A stretch of DNA of 64,000 nt from a virus, in the IMG/VR virus record IMGVR_UViG_3300045256_000058, positions 1-64,000 of that record; one strand, written 5' to 3'. The position numbers and the translations under genes were made by a program. Shown here in pieces: positions 48,201-57,440 of the stretch. The notes beneath the pieces are model-generated. The model was not told where the DNA came from and made no database searches. It saw nothing but the letters and a program-made list of their open reading frames with translations. The stretch's first letter is position 1. The number at the start of each line of letters is the position of its first letter.

Positions 48201-50554
48201 GCAATACCAACTACACCTAATCCGGCTAATCCTTTTGCAACTACTCCAATACCACCAGCTAAACCTTTCATTACTGCTCCGCCAGCTTTAATAGGAGAGC
48301 TACTTAAAAATTTAGTTAGACCTTCAGGTGCTTTTAACGGTACAGATAGTGATTGATTTAGAAAACCACCAATACCACCTTTAGATAGAACATCCTTTTG
48401 ACTAGATATTAATTTACTTGCAGATTCTCTTACTGACCCTGCTCTATCACCTAATCCTTCGCGTAATGATTTAGCTCTAGCGGAAAAACTTTCCTTAAAG
48501 TCAGAAATAGCACCACCAGCTCTATCTTTGAAACCACTTCTCATGGCTTTAGATTGAGCCGCTTTTACCTTCTTAGACTGAGCTTCTTCAATATCTTTAA
48601 TATCACTTTCAGAAAAACCAATATCTCGATACTTTTGTTTTTGCTTATCTACACCGCTTTCTAAATCTCTTACAAAATCAGGATTAGAATAAGTACTATC
48701 TTCCAAGTCTTTTACTAAATCACCAGATTGACCTTTCTTAGGATTAAGTAATTGTTCTTTATCTAAATCTCTTTGCTTCGCTTTTGCATACTCAGGTGTT
48801 TTAGCAGCCGCAGCAGTAAATTGTTGCTCAAATGATGTTCGGTCAAGCTCACTTTGAATCTTTCTAACTTCAGCTACAGCTAACTTTGCAGCTTCAATAA
48901 TCTTCTCTTTAATTGTAGTAATCGATTCAACAGCTTTACGTTTGATAGTATCCCAGATACTTTCTCCGTCCTTTCTCGCATTACCAAAGGTCTTCTTAAA
49001 TTCTCCTCCAATCTTGCCAATTGCGGCGATTAATATTAGAGGAGCAGCAGCGCTAAACACACTTCCAAAGAAACCACCAATAGCGCTAAATTTAGTTTGT
49101 AGTCCTTGTAACGCACCAGCTACTTTACCAATACCCTCAGCAGCACCAGTAGTAAATGCTTCGGTAACTTCATTAGTTTTTGCAATACTCTCTACTACCG
49201 AAGGTGCAACTCCTTTACCAAAATCTTCTACACCCTCTTGAGATTTAATTCGAGCTTGCTCAAAAGCACCAGTAACAGTTTGACTTCTACCTTTTGCTTC
49301 TTCTTCTAACTTACCTGGGTCAGCTTCTTTAATTTGACCAGAATATTGTTGAAGAGTTTTCTTACCTAACGAACTAAACAATTGCACAGCTTCGACTGAC
49401 ATTTGATTAGTAAAGATTTTTTGAATATTTTCAGGTCTACCACCAGTAGCCTTTTGAAGGTCATCAAGTACTCCAGCTAATCCTTTGTCTTTTAGAACAG
49501 TGGCATTAATTTGAATTGGTTTACCAGCCTCATCTCTAAACTTAGAGAGATACAGGTTGGCTTCTTGTGAACCAGCAGTAATATCACTTAGTAAGCTGGT
49601 TAAACGGTTAGCAGCTTCATCAGCACTTACCCCCTGTGTGGTTAAACCAGCGATAGCTCCAAGCATTTCAGAGAAATCAATACCTAGTTGTTTCGATTGA
49701 ACAGCAAGTCCACCAACACTAGGAGTTAATTGGTCAAGAGTAAGTAGACCAACTTTTGTAGTTTCAAATAACTGAGCCGCTCTTTTATCTGCTGCTTCTG
49801 AACTATCTCCTAAAGCTCTTAAAGCTCTAACTACAGCATTTGTAGAACCACCTAAGTCACCGAAACCAGCTTGACCTAGATTAATAGCAGCTTTACCTAC
49901 GTTTAGATTATCTTTCTTGTTACCAAAACCAGCAGAAGCAATATCATATTGAGCATTAAGAATTTGTACAGAACCTAATGCATCATTAGTAGCTTTTTGT
50001 AGCTCTTTCATTGACTTGATATTTTTATCTATCGAGTCAATACTCTTTTCATTTCCTGTAACGCTAACAGTACCTAAACGATAAGCAGCTTGTTCTACAT
50101 CGGCGTATGCCTTTACTGATTTAGCAGCAAACTTATTGAAATTATCATTATCAAATAGAACACTAAAACCTTGTTGAATGCTACCAATTACACTATTAGA
50201 TGTCGCTTCTAGTGTTTCTAAATTATCTTTAAGCTCACTGCTACCTTGAATAGCTTCTTCAAATGTAACGGTTTTAGTAACACTACCAAACTCTTTCCAC
50301 GCTTTGAATCCAGCCTCACCAATCTTGGTAAGTACATCGAGTTTGAAAGATATGTCAGAAAGGGCTAGTAATGTTCCTACTACACCCTTTGCAGATACTC
50401 CAATAACTTGTAAAGATTTACCAAATTTATCAGCACTATTAGAAGCTAGTTTGAATTGTGCTGTTGAGATTTTTAAGTCAGTATTAAGACCCTTAACACT
50501 TTTTTTAATATCAGTTAAATTTTGGTCTAAATCAAGTAATAATGATGCTGTCAT
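45221..50554 (-). CDS. tape measure protein (TP901 family)
   Basis: 1777 aa, helical, A/K/S-rich; Y.IASAG, A.Q....G....L...GV.A.EA core; preceded by a frameshifted chaperone pair. Confidence 0.9.
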   Translation of the reverse strand: MTASLLLDLDQNLTDIKKSVKGLNTDLKISTAQFKLASNSADKFGKSLQVIGVSAKGVVGTLLALSDISFKLDVLTKIGEAGFKAWKEFGSVTKTVTFEEAIQGSSELKDNLETLEATSNSVIGSIQQGFSVLFDNDNFNKFAAKSVKAYADVEQAAYRLGTVSVTGNEKSIDSIDKNIKSMKELQKATNDALGSVQILNAQYDIASAGFGNKKDNLNVGKAAINLGQAGFGDLGGSTNAVVRALRALGDSSEAADKRAAQLFETTKVGLLTLDQLTPSVGGLAVQSKQLGIDFSEMLGAIAGLTTQGVSADEAANRLTSLLSDITAGSQEANLYLSKFRDEAGKPIQINATVLKDKGLAGVLDDLQKATGGRPENIQKIFTNQMSVEAVQLFSSLGKKTLQQYSGQIKEADPGKLEEEAKGRSQTVTGAFEQARIKSQEGVEDFGKGVAPSVVESIAKTNEVTEAFTTGAAEGIGKVAGALQGLQTKFSAIGGFFGSVFSAAAPLILIAAIGKIGGEFKKTFGNARKDGESIWDTIKRKAVESITTIKEKIIEAAKLAVAEVRKIQSELDRTSFEQQFTAAAAKTPEYAKAKQRDLDKEQLLNPKKGQSGDLVKDLEDSTYSNPDFVRDLESGVDKQKQKYRDIGFSESDIKDIEEAQSKKVKAAQSKAMRSGFKDRAGGAISDFKESFSARAKSLREGLGDRAGSVRESASKLISSQKDVLSKGGIGGFLNQSLSVPLKAPEGLTKFLSSSPIKAGGAVMKGLAGGIGVVAKGLAGLGVVGIAAAFGIQVVTGWASTFSEMLNKSTNPNIKAMGEAINGLNKEILDSSPNLKLLADDLEGLNSATAKTGNGFLDFAGQVGKNFSDSMRFVTGGMAKYGMVAAEADKAQTALNSKISSFSGKETGSGKLSLEGTAAKAKLDKGQIITPQDEQALQKELGLEKELLDARVAIAQQKYDAAKASGGQKDIADAEAALKVTKGEVEQQKKFREERLKATLGTNLIKKFNSIDTSVPLALSISKQNESAVLSQISDVGKKASEVFSGKLLDPSKFYDLIPQISNSLGAIETQVSLDPASANKLLSDLEGTLNAAGADFNKLLASDPGLRKRYTELKTAITEANQSVLQFQQSSDTAILNVLKSSGVARGGLTKQLDELLQKNLTAQIDNIKKELEDPATAAPRKAELQSKVAELQAQKLSTALENAAASVDEEYAARNKLIEQTNKVADQFESLASNSLFSGSIASSGFKRLATQIKNPDRQIDTEANQAIDKANAKVKALEDALASASGEQAEQIGKALDAAKKELPSEVSSIKTEAALKKVNAAAEAAALKIEEENQVRDNQIAANERVITSFNNLSSTAGSLFKTSSVGSTLSRISTTATASLNKPGAEYDKEVRTIDARIDAAQKAAEGIKKSGASDETVREAQAIAERTRVEGEAQKSAAAQSLALETVNQKLTVFASRVAEVTDKIGKQADLFKDKLDFDQKQREVASENNKSISSLQSGLLGFLGQNNPAANIVQQRLDVKQSKEDDKIKLAQSRTESKKEIIDLKVMDLQLELEQKAYENSLTQTALLSDLVSVASGGKAQFNASDEIKKQLQGLPAAFKEGQQFTAARQQLNRQKIDSVFTNQDLTELNIRREGAKNRLGILGQNRSPANFDLQKEALLDTKNLLRNSKEINYDSTPLRQDKSFGQMLDTLNSIRDGGGLRGLPNSNPATQGTSSPNVALSPNVQVNINVSKEDAAKLGDITNQVKTQINKGLEITSTQMSQQLLKYARGV

Positions 50555-50563
50555 TTATGAAAA

Positions 50564-50973
50564 CTACTCATTGTTAGAATCATCGTTAGAGAATATGTTT
50601 TCAGACCGCTTTTTAATTTGCCATAAGTTAAACTTGTCAGAAAGATGTTCCCATTCATGTTTTCTGTAGGAAATATCATCTAAAAACTTATTAAACTTAG
50701 TATTTTCAGCTACTTGTAATTTATCCTCTGGATTAATTCTACCACTACTAGCAATATCAATTAACTCCCGACACTTCCAGTAATCGAGAGTTTTAACTAG
50801 CGTCATCGCATTTTCTGCGTAGTAGCTTAATAGAGATGAGTAAAGAAGAGAAATACCCTCATAATTATTTGAATGTAAATTAGGGTAATTTAACTCTGTT
50901 AACGATTTTCTTTTTCTTTTTCTTTTTCTTCTTTCAGTATCGCTAGATACTTGTTCCACATCTCCATGTACGG
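50564..50973 (-). CDS. tail assembly chaperone gpGT, C-terminal part (reached by -1 frameshift)
   Basis: -1 frame is open from the slippery site: TVHGDVEQVSSDTERRK... Confidence 0.75.
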
Positions 50974-51372
50974 TAAAAAATGGAGTTGACTAATCTTACA
51001 TGGGGACATTGAAGTTAGATTTCGACTTTCTTCATTAATATCACCATTAAAGAATAGAGAAATAAGTTGTTCCCAGTTTTCTTTAATTAAATCATAGTCA
51101 AGATATTGTGTTTCTCCTGACTTAGTTTTTTCAACTAAAGGAATAATAGAACAAATGGCTCTTAAATCTGCTTCGAGGTCATCTCGATACTCAGAAGTAA
51201 AGTATTTACCGATTGCACCATCTGCCATTACATATCTTTCTACTAGCTTATCTTGTAAATCCATAAGCTTGTCCATGTCTTCAGCAGCGCAACGCATTAT
51301 ATTGACTACTTTGCCATCATCATATACAACTTTTTCAGTCTTGTAAGATGGTCTTGATTTTGTCGTACTCAT
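50899..51372 (-). CDS. tail assembly chaperone gpG
   Basis: Upstream of the tape measure; contains H-F-L encoded by CAT TTT TTA. Confidence 0.75.
   Translation of the reverse strand: MSTTKSRPSYKTEKVVYDDGKVVNIMRCAAEDMDKLMDLQDKLVERYVMADGAIGKYFTSEYRDDLEADLRAICSIIPLVEKTKSGETQYLDYDLIKENWEQLISLFFNGDINEESRNLTSMSPCKISQLHFLPYMEMWNKYLAILKEEKEKEKENR
50974..50980 (-). other. programmed -1 frameshift slippery heptamer T TTT TTA
   Basis: X XXY YYZ heptamer in the gpG frame; a -1 shift joins the downstream ORF. Confidence 0.8.
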
Positions 51373-51733
51373 CGTATATCTCAGTCTTTCCGATATTCAT
51401 CATCACGTTATCATTACTGAAAGAGAAGGTTCCTTTATATCCATATGACTCACTCGAAGTATTTGTTTTCATTAGGCTTGCTATATACAAAGTATCAATT
51501 GTGTAGTCAAATGTTAGCAAATAAGTAAATATAGAGAAGTTGTAAGTTAGAGGTAATATTGAGTCTAAATAAGAACTTACTCTAAATTCAATCATGTTTT
51601 TAAGGTTCTTCCTTTCATCCTCTATAGTAGCATAAATGTCTATAGGGGCAGGATATGTGTATTTATGCCCCTCATGTGTCTCAACAAATATATTGCTAAT
51701 TGCTTTGTAGTGTTTATCAAATACGTGTATCAT
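51335..51733 (-). CDS. hypothetical protein
   Basis: ORF in operon. Confidence 0.5.
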   Translation of the reverse strand: MIHVFDKHYKAISNIFVETHEGHKYTYPAPIDIYATIEDERKNLKNMIEFRVSSYLDSILPLTYNFSIFTYLLTFDYTIDTLYIASLMKTNTSSESYGYKGTFSFSNDNVMMNIGKTEIYDEYDKIKTILQD

Positions 51734-52310
51734 TCGAATACTTCAATTTGGTTGGCATTACAATCTTTTTACTCCAATCTACTTGTTGTTCCCATTCAAA
51801 GTATTTAATATCTTGATGTTTAAGAAGATTGCATACATCTCTAAACACCATACAAGCATATTTATGAGTATGTTCATGCTCTTTACCTAGAAAATCATAG
51901 AGTTTGTGATAGATGATATTTGATTTATAGTTTCCATCTTTATCTACCCATCTTGATGCTTCTAATACTGTAATAGAGTGACTAGGCTCTCCGTATTTAA
52001 TTCTACGTGCTTTCTTCTCTCTACTTTTTGGGTCAATAACAACTTGATTGTCTAATAAACCCAAATAGTCAAGACAAATGTGATAATCTTTTTGATTATA
52101 TACTTTGTTTCCTTTAATTACTGGTCGAGGAGTAAAAATATACGTCATTACAGCTCTAGGTGTATCTCTTTCAACTAATTTAAGTTGACCATAAACCCCG
52201 TCAAATGTATCTATTACTGCATACGGCTTTTTTTTGGTACTAAGTTTCTTAGACCAAAGGACTCTTCGTATCCAATCTAAAATATCTAATAGAATTTGAT
52301 TAAGCTGCAT
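51717..52310 (-). CDS. basic hypothetical protein
   Basis: ORF in operon; GAGAG upstream. Confidence 0.55.
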   Translation of the reverse strand: MQLNQILLDILDWIRRVLWSKKLSTKKKPYAVIDTFDGVYGQLKLVERDTPRAVMTYIFTPRPVIKGNKVYNQKDYHICLDYLGLLDNQVVIDPKSREKKARRIKYGEPSHSITVLEASRWVDKDGNYKSNIIYHKLYDFLGKEHEHTHKYACMVFRDVCNLLKHQDIKYFEWEQQVDWSKKIVMPTKLKYSNDTRI

Positions 52311-52325
52311 TTAATTACTCTCTAA

Positions 52326-52727
52326 TTATTTATTATCCTCATCGTCATCATCCGCAACCTCATCTTTTTCAGCACGTTTCTTTAATCGAATTGTGGTTTC
52401 AGTACGCTCTTTTGAGTCAGTGTACATTTTTACACCAACAGCAACAATACCACCACCTGTAACGATAGTAGTTAGAAACTTTTCTGCTAATTCATCTTGT
52501 TTTTTATTATCTAACGCATAGAAAGCACCACCAACTGCGACAAGTGCTAATCCTAATACAACTACATCTCGTAATTTATTAGCAATAGGCAATATTTCTT
52601 GTACAATAGCTTTTCTAGTACGTTGTAATTCTCTGCGGACTTGCTTTTGCTCACCTTTAATTTCTCGTAATAAGGAAATTATCTCGGTTTTCTCTTCGTC
52701 CATATTATCAATCAATTCCAAAAACAA
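52326..52727 (-). CDS. membrane protein (coiled coil + 2 TM), possibly holin-like
   Basis: VVVLGLALVAVGGAFYAL and FLTTIVTGGGIVAVGV helices; start uncertain (52727/52721/52703). Confidence 0.55.
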   Translation of the reverse strand: MFLELIDNMDEEKTEIISLLREIKGEQKQVRRELQRTRKAIVQEILPIANKLRDVVVLGLALVAVGGAFYALDNKKQDELAEKFLTTIVTGGGIVAVGVKMYTDSKERTETTIRLKKRAEKDEVADDDDEDNK

Positions 52728-52728
52728 A

Positions 52729-52757
52729 TACTCCTTTATTATATAGCTAAAGGAGTA
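52729..52757 (-). promoter_or_regulatory. 10-bp perfect hairpin containing TATAAT and AAGGAG
   Basis: TACTCCTTTA-N9-TAAAGGAGTA. Confidence 0.45.
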
Positions 52758-52787
52758 AGTGTACTTGTATCTATAACTTAGGTGGTG

Positions 52788-53627
52788 TTATGCAGTAGTC
52801 GGGCTTGGCACTCTAGCATTTGTAATGAATAAATCACCATCAACACTTAGGCTAGTTAAACCAATATAAGTAAGTGCTGTTACATCAATACCGTTAAGTC
52901 CATTAGCACTTCCTTGTACTAACTTACCGTCAAGATAAGCAACTGCGGCATTAATTAATAACTTACTTCCTGTTTCGTTGTCAACGGGTTCAAGTCTTAG
53001 TACCGCAAATACGGCTTCCTTAGCCCCATTGTTAAATACAACAGTCGAACTAGCTCCTGCTGAAGATACTGTACTATCGATGTCAACTTCATTTGGATTG
53101 ACAGTAGCAGTACTTTTTCTAACAGCAGTTACTCTTGTTGGAGGAGTAAAATCTAAGTCAGCAACAGCAGATGCGGTTAAGTTCTTATCTAGGAAGATTC
53201 TGCGTGTATCGTAGTCAATACGGTCTACCACACTATTTGCAGCTACTCCATCACCAGATACAGCATCTCCAGCTTTTACACCAATAGTACTTGAGTTAAA
53301 AGTATCAGCATAAACCACATACTTCTGTCCTTTGACAGTATATACAGTTCTTGTAACAGCGGACTTAGCTGTGATACCACCAGTGCTAGTAGAAGCTACT
53401 ATATCACCAACACGAATATTATCGAATGCGCCAGCAGAACCCACAAGCTTAGTAGCTCCATTTGAAAGAGTTACGCCGCTAACTGAGATGTCTGGTGCAG
53501 AGAAATCATCGAAAGTAAGAGGAAGATAAAACTTACCAGCAGCTTCAGCTACATATCCAGCAGAGATAACTCCGTCGAATTCACTTACTACTGATTGTAG
53601 TTTTCTTTGAAACGCAATATTTACCAT
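52788..53627 (-). CDS. virion structural protein
   Basis: T/S/A/V-rich beta protein with duplicated I.(V/A)GD.V motif; GAGA RBS. Confidence 0.6.
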   Translation of the reverse strand: MVNIAFQRKLQSVVSEFDGVISAGYVAEAAGKFYLPLTFDDFSAPDISVSGVTLSNGATKLVGSAGAFDNIRVGDIVASTSTGGITAKSAVTRTVYTVKGQKYVVYADTFNSSTIGVKAGDAVSGDGVAANSVVDRIDYDTRRIFLDKNLTASAVADLDFTPPTRVTAVRKSTATVNPNEVDIDSTVSSAGASSTVVFNNGAKEAVFAVLRLEPVDNETGSKLLINAAVAYLDGKLVQGSANGLNGIDVTALTYIGLTSLSVDGDLFITNARVPSPTTA

Positions 53628-53688
53628 AGAAATATATCTCTTGTTATTTAGTTATCGTATACGTCTAAATGTATTATATAACAGATTT

Positions 53689-54222
53689 TTATACGTTGTC
53701 GTCATCACCGTCAAGAGTAAAAATAGGACACGTAACAGTTACATACTTATAAACAGTGTTATCAGGTGCAATAAAATCTTCGTACTCAATATCAATAGTA
53801 TTCTCTCCACTATTACCCCAATCAATTTGATAGAGATTATCTAAAGAACCAGTAGACAGTACTCGTCTAATTTCTCTACCTACAAATGAAGATATATCGG
53901 CTACTTTAGTTTTTTGTGTGAAAGCAAGAGCATAAATAATCTTAAATTTAGTACTGATTTCGACTTCATTAAAACTATTAGTTTCAGAAGACCTATATAC
54001 TTTTAATACTGGAAAGTCAGTTAAAGGTACAAATAAATCATTAAAAGTACGTATACTCTTAATTACATTATATCTAAGAGCATCATAAAAAGTTTCATTT
54101 ACTTCATTAGCTATGTAATTAGCAATAAACTCACAATCTTTATCAATAAATTTATATCCAAAAGGATAAATAGGACGAGGTGCATACAAGCTTTCGTCAC
54201 TAGCCATCATGATATTTGTCAT
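53689..54222 (-). CDS. putative tail terminator/neck protein
   Basis: Size, FP.L.VY motif and position after the head genes. Confidence 0.5.
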   Translation of the reverse strand: MTNIMMASDESLYAPRPIYPFGYKFIDKDCEFIANYIANEVNETFYDALRYNVIKSIRTFNDLFVPLTDFPVLKVYRSSETNSFNEVEISTKFKIIYALAFTQKTKVADISSFVGREIRRVLSTGSLDNLYQIDWGNSGENTIDIEYEDFIAPDNTVYKYVTVTCPIFTLDGDDDNV

Positions 54223-54377
54223 TTGACCATAATTCCATTCTTCTTAATCTTTTTGAATCCCATTGCAGCAGTAGAAGGGTCAATTAAATCACTGGGTTTC
54301 ATTTCTTTTATTGCAGCAGGAATAGTTTTATTGAGATTCTTAATGATTATTTTTTCAATCTCATTACCTAAGTCCAT
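54219..54377 (-). CDS. small hypothetical protein, 52 aa (absent from the ORF track)
   Basis: MDLGNEIEKIIIKNLNK...; fills the gap; ATGA overlap with the next gene. Confidence 0.6.
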   Translation of the reverse strand: MDLGNEIEKIIIKNLNKTIPAAIKEMKPSDLIDPSTAAMGFKKIKKNGIMVK

Positions 54378-54382
54378 ATTAG

Positions 54383-55063
54383 TTACCAGAAATCAATCTC
54401 TGCTCTGCTTGGATTGTAATAAGTGCGGCGCTGTCGTACTCGAACACCATTACGTACTCCATAATCCCCTTCTTCTAACTTCTCAAAATTACCTGGCATG
54501 TAAAAAGACGGTTGAACATTTGCATTTAACTTATACAAATCAGTATCAGTAATACTATCACCATCAAAGTCATAACCAATTGAATCTTTCAGTGTTTCTC
54601 CTCTAAGAATGAGAGGACGAACTGTTAGCTGTTGTTTGCTCTCATCGTTTTGTAATTGATTCGAAGCATTACTGGCTCCAGGTACAAAAATACCTAAGCC
54701 ATCAAATAATACTTGAAACTCATTTAATGCTTGCTGTCTAAGTACGCTTGAATAGCTATCCGTACTATCAGAAGCTTCAGATTGAGTAGGAAAGTAAGTA
54801 ATATAAATATCACTAACGATAAGTTTTTCTACAATTGATTGAAGATATGGATGCTCGTTTACTAACGGCATTTGATAAATCATACCGAGAAACATATCTG
54901 CAAATTCTTCAATACCTGACCCCACAATGTAAATAAGGTCAGTACCAATCTGAGTACCAGTAATACCTGTAAGACCGTAATCCGTAGAATCTACAACACT
55001 AATCCTACTTTCTAATCTCTTAGAAATACTAGCAATTTTTCCATACTTAAGTGTATTACTCAT
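54383..55063 (-). CDS. putative head-tail adaptor
   Basis: Helical 'D..L...Y..PL....P.L..I...L' pattern; position. Confidence 0.55.
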   Translation of the reverse strand: MSNTLKYGKIASISKRLESRISVVDSTDYGLTGITGTQIGTDLIYIVGSGIEEFADMFLGMIYQMPLVNEHPYLQSIVEKLIVSDIYITYFPTQSEASDSTDSYSSVLRQQALNEFQVLFDGLGIFVPGASNASNQLQNDESKQQLTVRPLILRGETLKDSIGYDFDGDSITDTDLYKLNANVQPSFYMPGNFEKLEEGDYGVRNGVRVRQRRTYYNPSRAEIDFW

Positions 55064-55649
55064 TACCTAGCCCTAATCCACTTCTTACACTACGTTGCAA
55101 TTCTTTATCTAGTCCTAATGCTTTCGCACTACTTCTAGCTTCTCTTAGCACTCCAGTACTTGTGTTTACCCATCCTCTAGCTTCTCTAATGGATGCTAAC
55201 CCAAGCTCACGTTGTTTACGTTGTTCTTGAATTTTACGTCTAGTTTCAGGGTCTACATTAATTAAGTTAATCTCATTACGTTTAGCTCTTGTAGTGGCTA
55301 GTGGAGGATTCATCATATCCTCATACTGTGACTGAAGGGTAGAAAACTGCTCAGGAGATAGTCGTTGTAAATCCTCATAGCTCATATATTGAAAAGGATG
55401 TAATGGAGGTGAAGCAACCATATTATCCTGTGGTATCGGCATATTTGCATTAGGAGCAAAATTAGCTAGGTTAGTTAAACTATTCGCAAAAGTCATTTTT
55501 CTATTTGTATTAAGTAGATTAGGAACTACACCAATTCGTTTAGCACCCATTTTTCTAATCTTACCTCCTAATGGACGTTGCACTTTAATACCCGGAGAAT
55601 AGTTTCTCCAATTTTGTTCAAGCTGATTTACAAGTACGTTTCCTGGCAT
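55056..55649 (-). CDS. putative internal protein with internal A-N-F motif
   Basis: KMTFANSLTNLANF. Confidence 0.55.
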   Translation of the reverse strand: MPGNVLVNQLEQNWRNYSPGIKVQRPLGGKIRKMGAKRIGVVPNLLNTNRKMTFANSLTNLANFAPNANMPIPQDNMVASPPLHPFQYMSYEDLQRLSPEQFSTLQSQYEDMMNPPLATTRAKRNEINLINVDPETRRKIQEQRKQRELGLASIREARGWVNTSTGVLREARSSAKALGLDKELQRSVRSGLGLGNE

Positions 55650-56137
55650 TATAAATACTTAATAGCGTTGTCGTTAGAATAGGGGACTACTGTTTCAAAA
55701 TCTATATCAAATATATCTTGCCAATGTCTTCCACCTTTTAGAGGAACTCTTTTATCTAGTTCCATTTCAGTTGTAAATCTCTCTTTAGCTCTTTCAGCAA
55801 CTACTTTATTAGCAGTAATCTTACCGATGTATTTTAATGCTGCAATTTCTTCAAGCGTAGCTGAGTTAATCTTCAAACTCTCTTTTACAACTGTCTCTGT
55901 TACTGGCTCTAATACTTTTTCAGTAATATCAAAACTATTGTCAGGTGTGGCGCTAAATTTCTTCTCAACCACTTTATCTACTTCAGGTACTTTCTTTGTC
56001 GGAATTTCAATGTCTGCTAGAGTAACAATACTTTTTCTTCTTGCTTCTGCTAGGTCAATATCTTTTTCATCATGTACACCAGCAGGAACCACTGTTCCGT
56101 GAAAGTTAACGTATGCTGTATGTAATTTATATTTCAT
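55649..56137 (-). CDS. helix-hairpin-helix (ComEA-like) DNA-binding protein
   Basis: KINSAT.EE...L..IG...A..VV..R...F....EL..RV. Confidence 0.8.
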   Translation of the reverse strand: MKYKLHTAYVNFHGTVVPAGVHDEKDIDLAEARRKSIVTLADIEIPTKKVPEVDKVVEKKFSATPDNSFDITEKVLEPVTETVVKESLKINSATLEEIAALKYIGKITANKVVAERAKERFTTEMELDKRVPLKGGRHWQDIFDIDFETVVPYSNDNAIKYL

Positions 56138-56189
56138 AACTACTCTTAAATAACTATTCTTATTCTACTATAAGATTACCTAAGACACT

Positions 56190-56214
56190 AAAAAACCTCC
56201 CATAAAGAGAGGTT
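56190..56214 (-). terminator. intrinsic terminator after the major capsid gene
   Basis: AACCTCTC-TTTAT-GGGAGGTT-TTTT on the minus strand. Confidence 0.75.
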
Positions 56215-56251
56215 AATTAGTTTTATTCCGACTTATTTATTCGCGTCTAGT

Positions 56252-57424
56252 TTACGCAAAGTTAAAGTCTTCAAGGTGCATTGCTGTTTCTAGGTCGTTC
56301 AGGTCACATACCTTACGTGCCATACCTTGCTTAGAAATAGTTGGTGCAGTAACAATCATCATACTTGCTGTTGCTGAAATATCTAGAGGTGGTTCCTTAG
56401 ACTTTTCATAAGTACGTTGATACACACCAGCTTTTCCATTGTTTTCTAGAGTTCCACCCAAGCAACGTTCAGCCATTCCCTTCTTCAGGAATACGATGCG
56501 AGTAGGGTCTAGATAACGAGTAGGAATATTATTACCAGTGTTGTCACCATCTAGTTCAAAGTGGTCATCAACAGTTGTAATTGCAGGAAGGAATCTACGA
56601 CGCATTACTTCATTAAGTTGCTCGATAGATACTGTACCTGTCATTGTGCTACCAACAGTTAAGCTGGCAACAACTGCTTCCTTCACAGACTTTTGACGAA
56701 GTAAACAATGTAGAAGTTGTTCTGACATTGCAATTTCATCAGCAGGGAATCCATTCGTGTACTTGTACACATAATGCATGTCCACCAAGTCTTGAATACC
56801 ATCAGCAGTTTCAAACTCAGTCCATTGACGGTCGCCTGTCAAAGGAGCAGGGTAGTGATTGTAAGGAGCATCAAGTGCTTTCTTCCAATCTAGGTTGATG
56901 TTAAGACCAGTACGACTATCCGTGTACTGCATCGAACCTGTTTGAAGTACCTGCCATGCAAGGTAATCTAGAAGGTTAATATGCCCTCTTACTAGAGCAG
57001 AAAGAGTACCAAAAATCAATTCTGCAAGTGAGTTGTCTTGTCCAACTTGAATCTTATCTGTACCAACAGAGATGTTTTGAACAGTGATGCCCTTAGCTCT
57101 TGCGAACTCTTGAACATCCTTCATTCTCCATTGTAAGTCTTCATTCCATTCGTGGCGCAGAGCAGCCTTGAATAGCTTTGCTTGGACTTGACTGAACTTA
57201 CCTTTGGCAATTGATGGGTATTCAGCACCCGTTGCGACTAGAGACGCGATTGGGTCTACTTGCTCAGTAATGTATGCCAACCAATCACGACCATCTTTAG
57301 TCTTCATTGGTACATATTTATCGAGAACTCTAGAACGTTCTTTAAGCTGACGAAGAGTAGTATCAACTACCATATCGGCTGTTCTAGATTCTCTTTGCCC
57401 TTTTAGCCAAGTTTCAATATACAT
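56252..57424 (-). CDS. major capsid protein (lambda gpE-like, HK97 fold)
   Basis: 390 aa; 'LAWQVLQTG', W....AD...DL; GGAG RBS; downstream terminator; follows scaffold and decoration genes. Confidence 0.85.
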   Translation of the reverse strand: MYIETWLKGQRESRTADMVVDTTLRQLKERSRVLDKYVPMKTKDGRDWLAYITEQVDPIASLVATGAEYPSIAKGKFSQVQAKLFKAALRHEWNEDLQWRMKDVQEFARAKGITVQNISVGTDKIQVGQDNSLAELIFGTLSALVRGHINLLDYLAWQVLQTGSMQYTDSRTGLNINLDWKKALDAPYNHYPAPLTGDRQWTEFETADGIQDLVDMHYVYKYTNGFPADEIAMSEQLLHCLLRQKSVKEAVVASLTVGSTMTGTVSIEQLNEVMRRRFLPAITTVDDHFELDGDNTGNNIPTRYLDPTRIVFLKKGMAERCLGGTLENNGKAGVYQRTYEKSKEPPLDISATASMMIVTAPTISKQGMARKVCDLNDLETAMHLEDFNFA

Positions 57425-57440
57425 TTTTTTCTATATCTCC

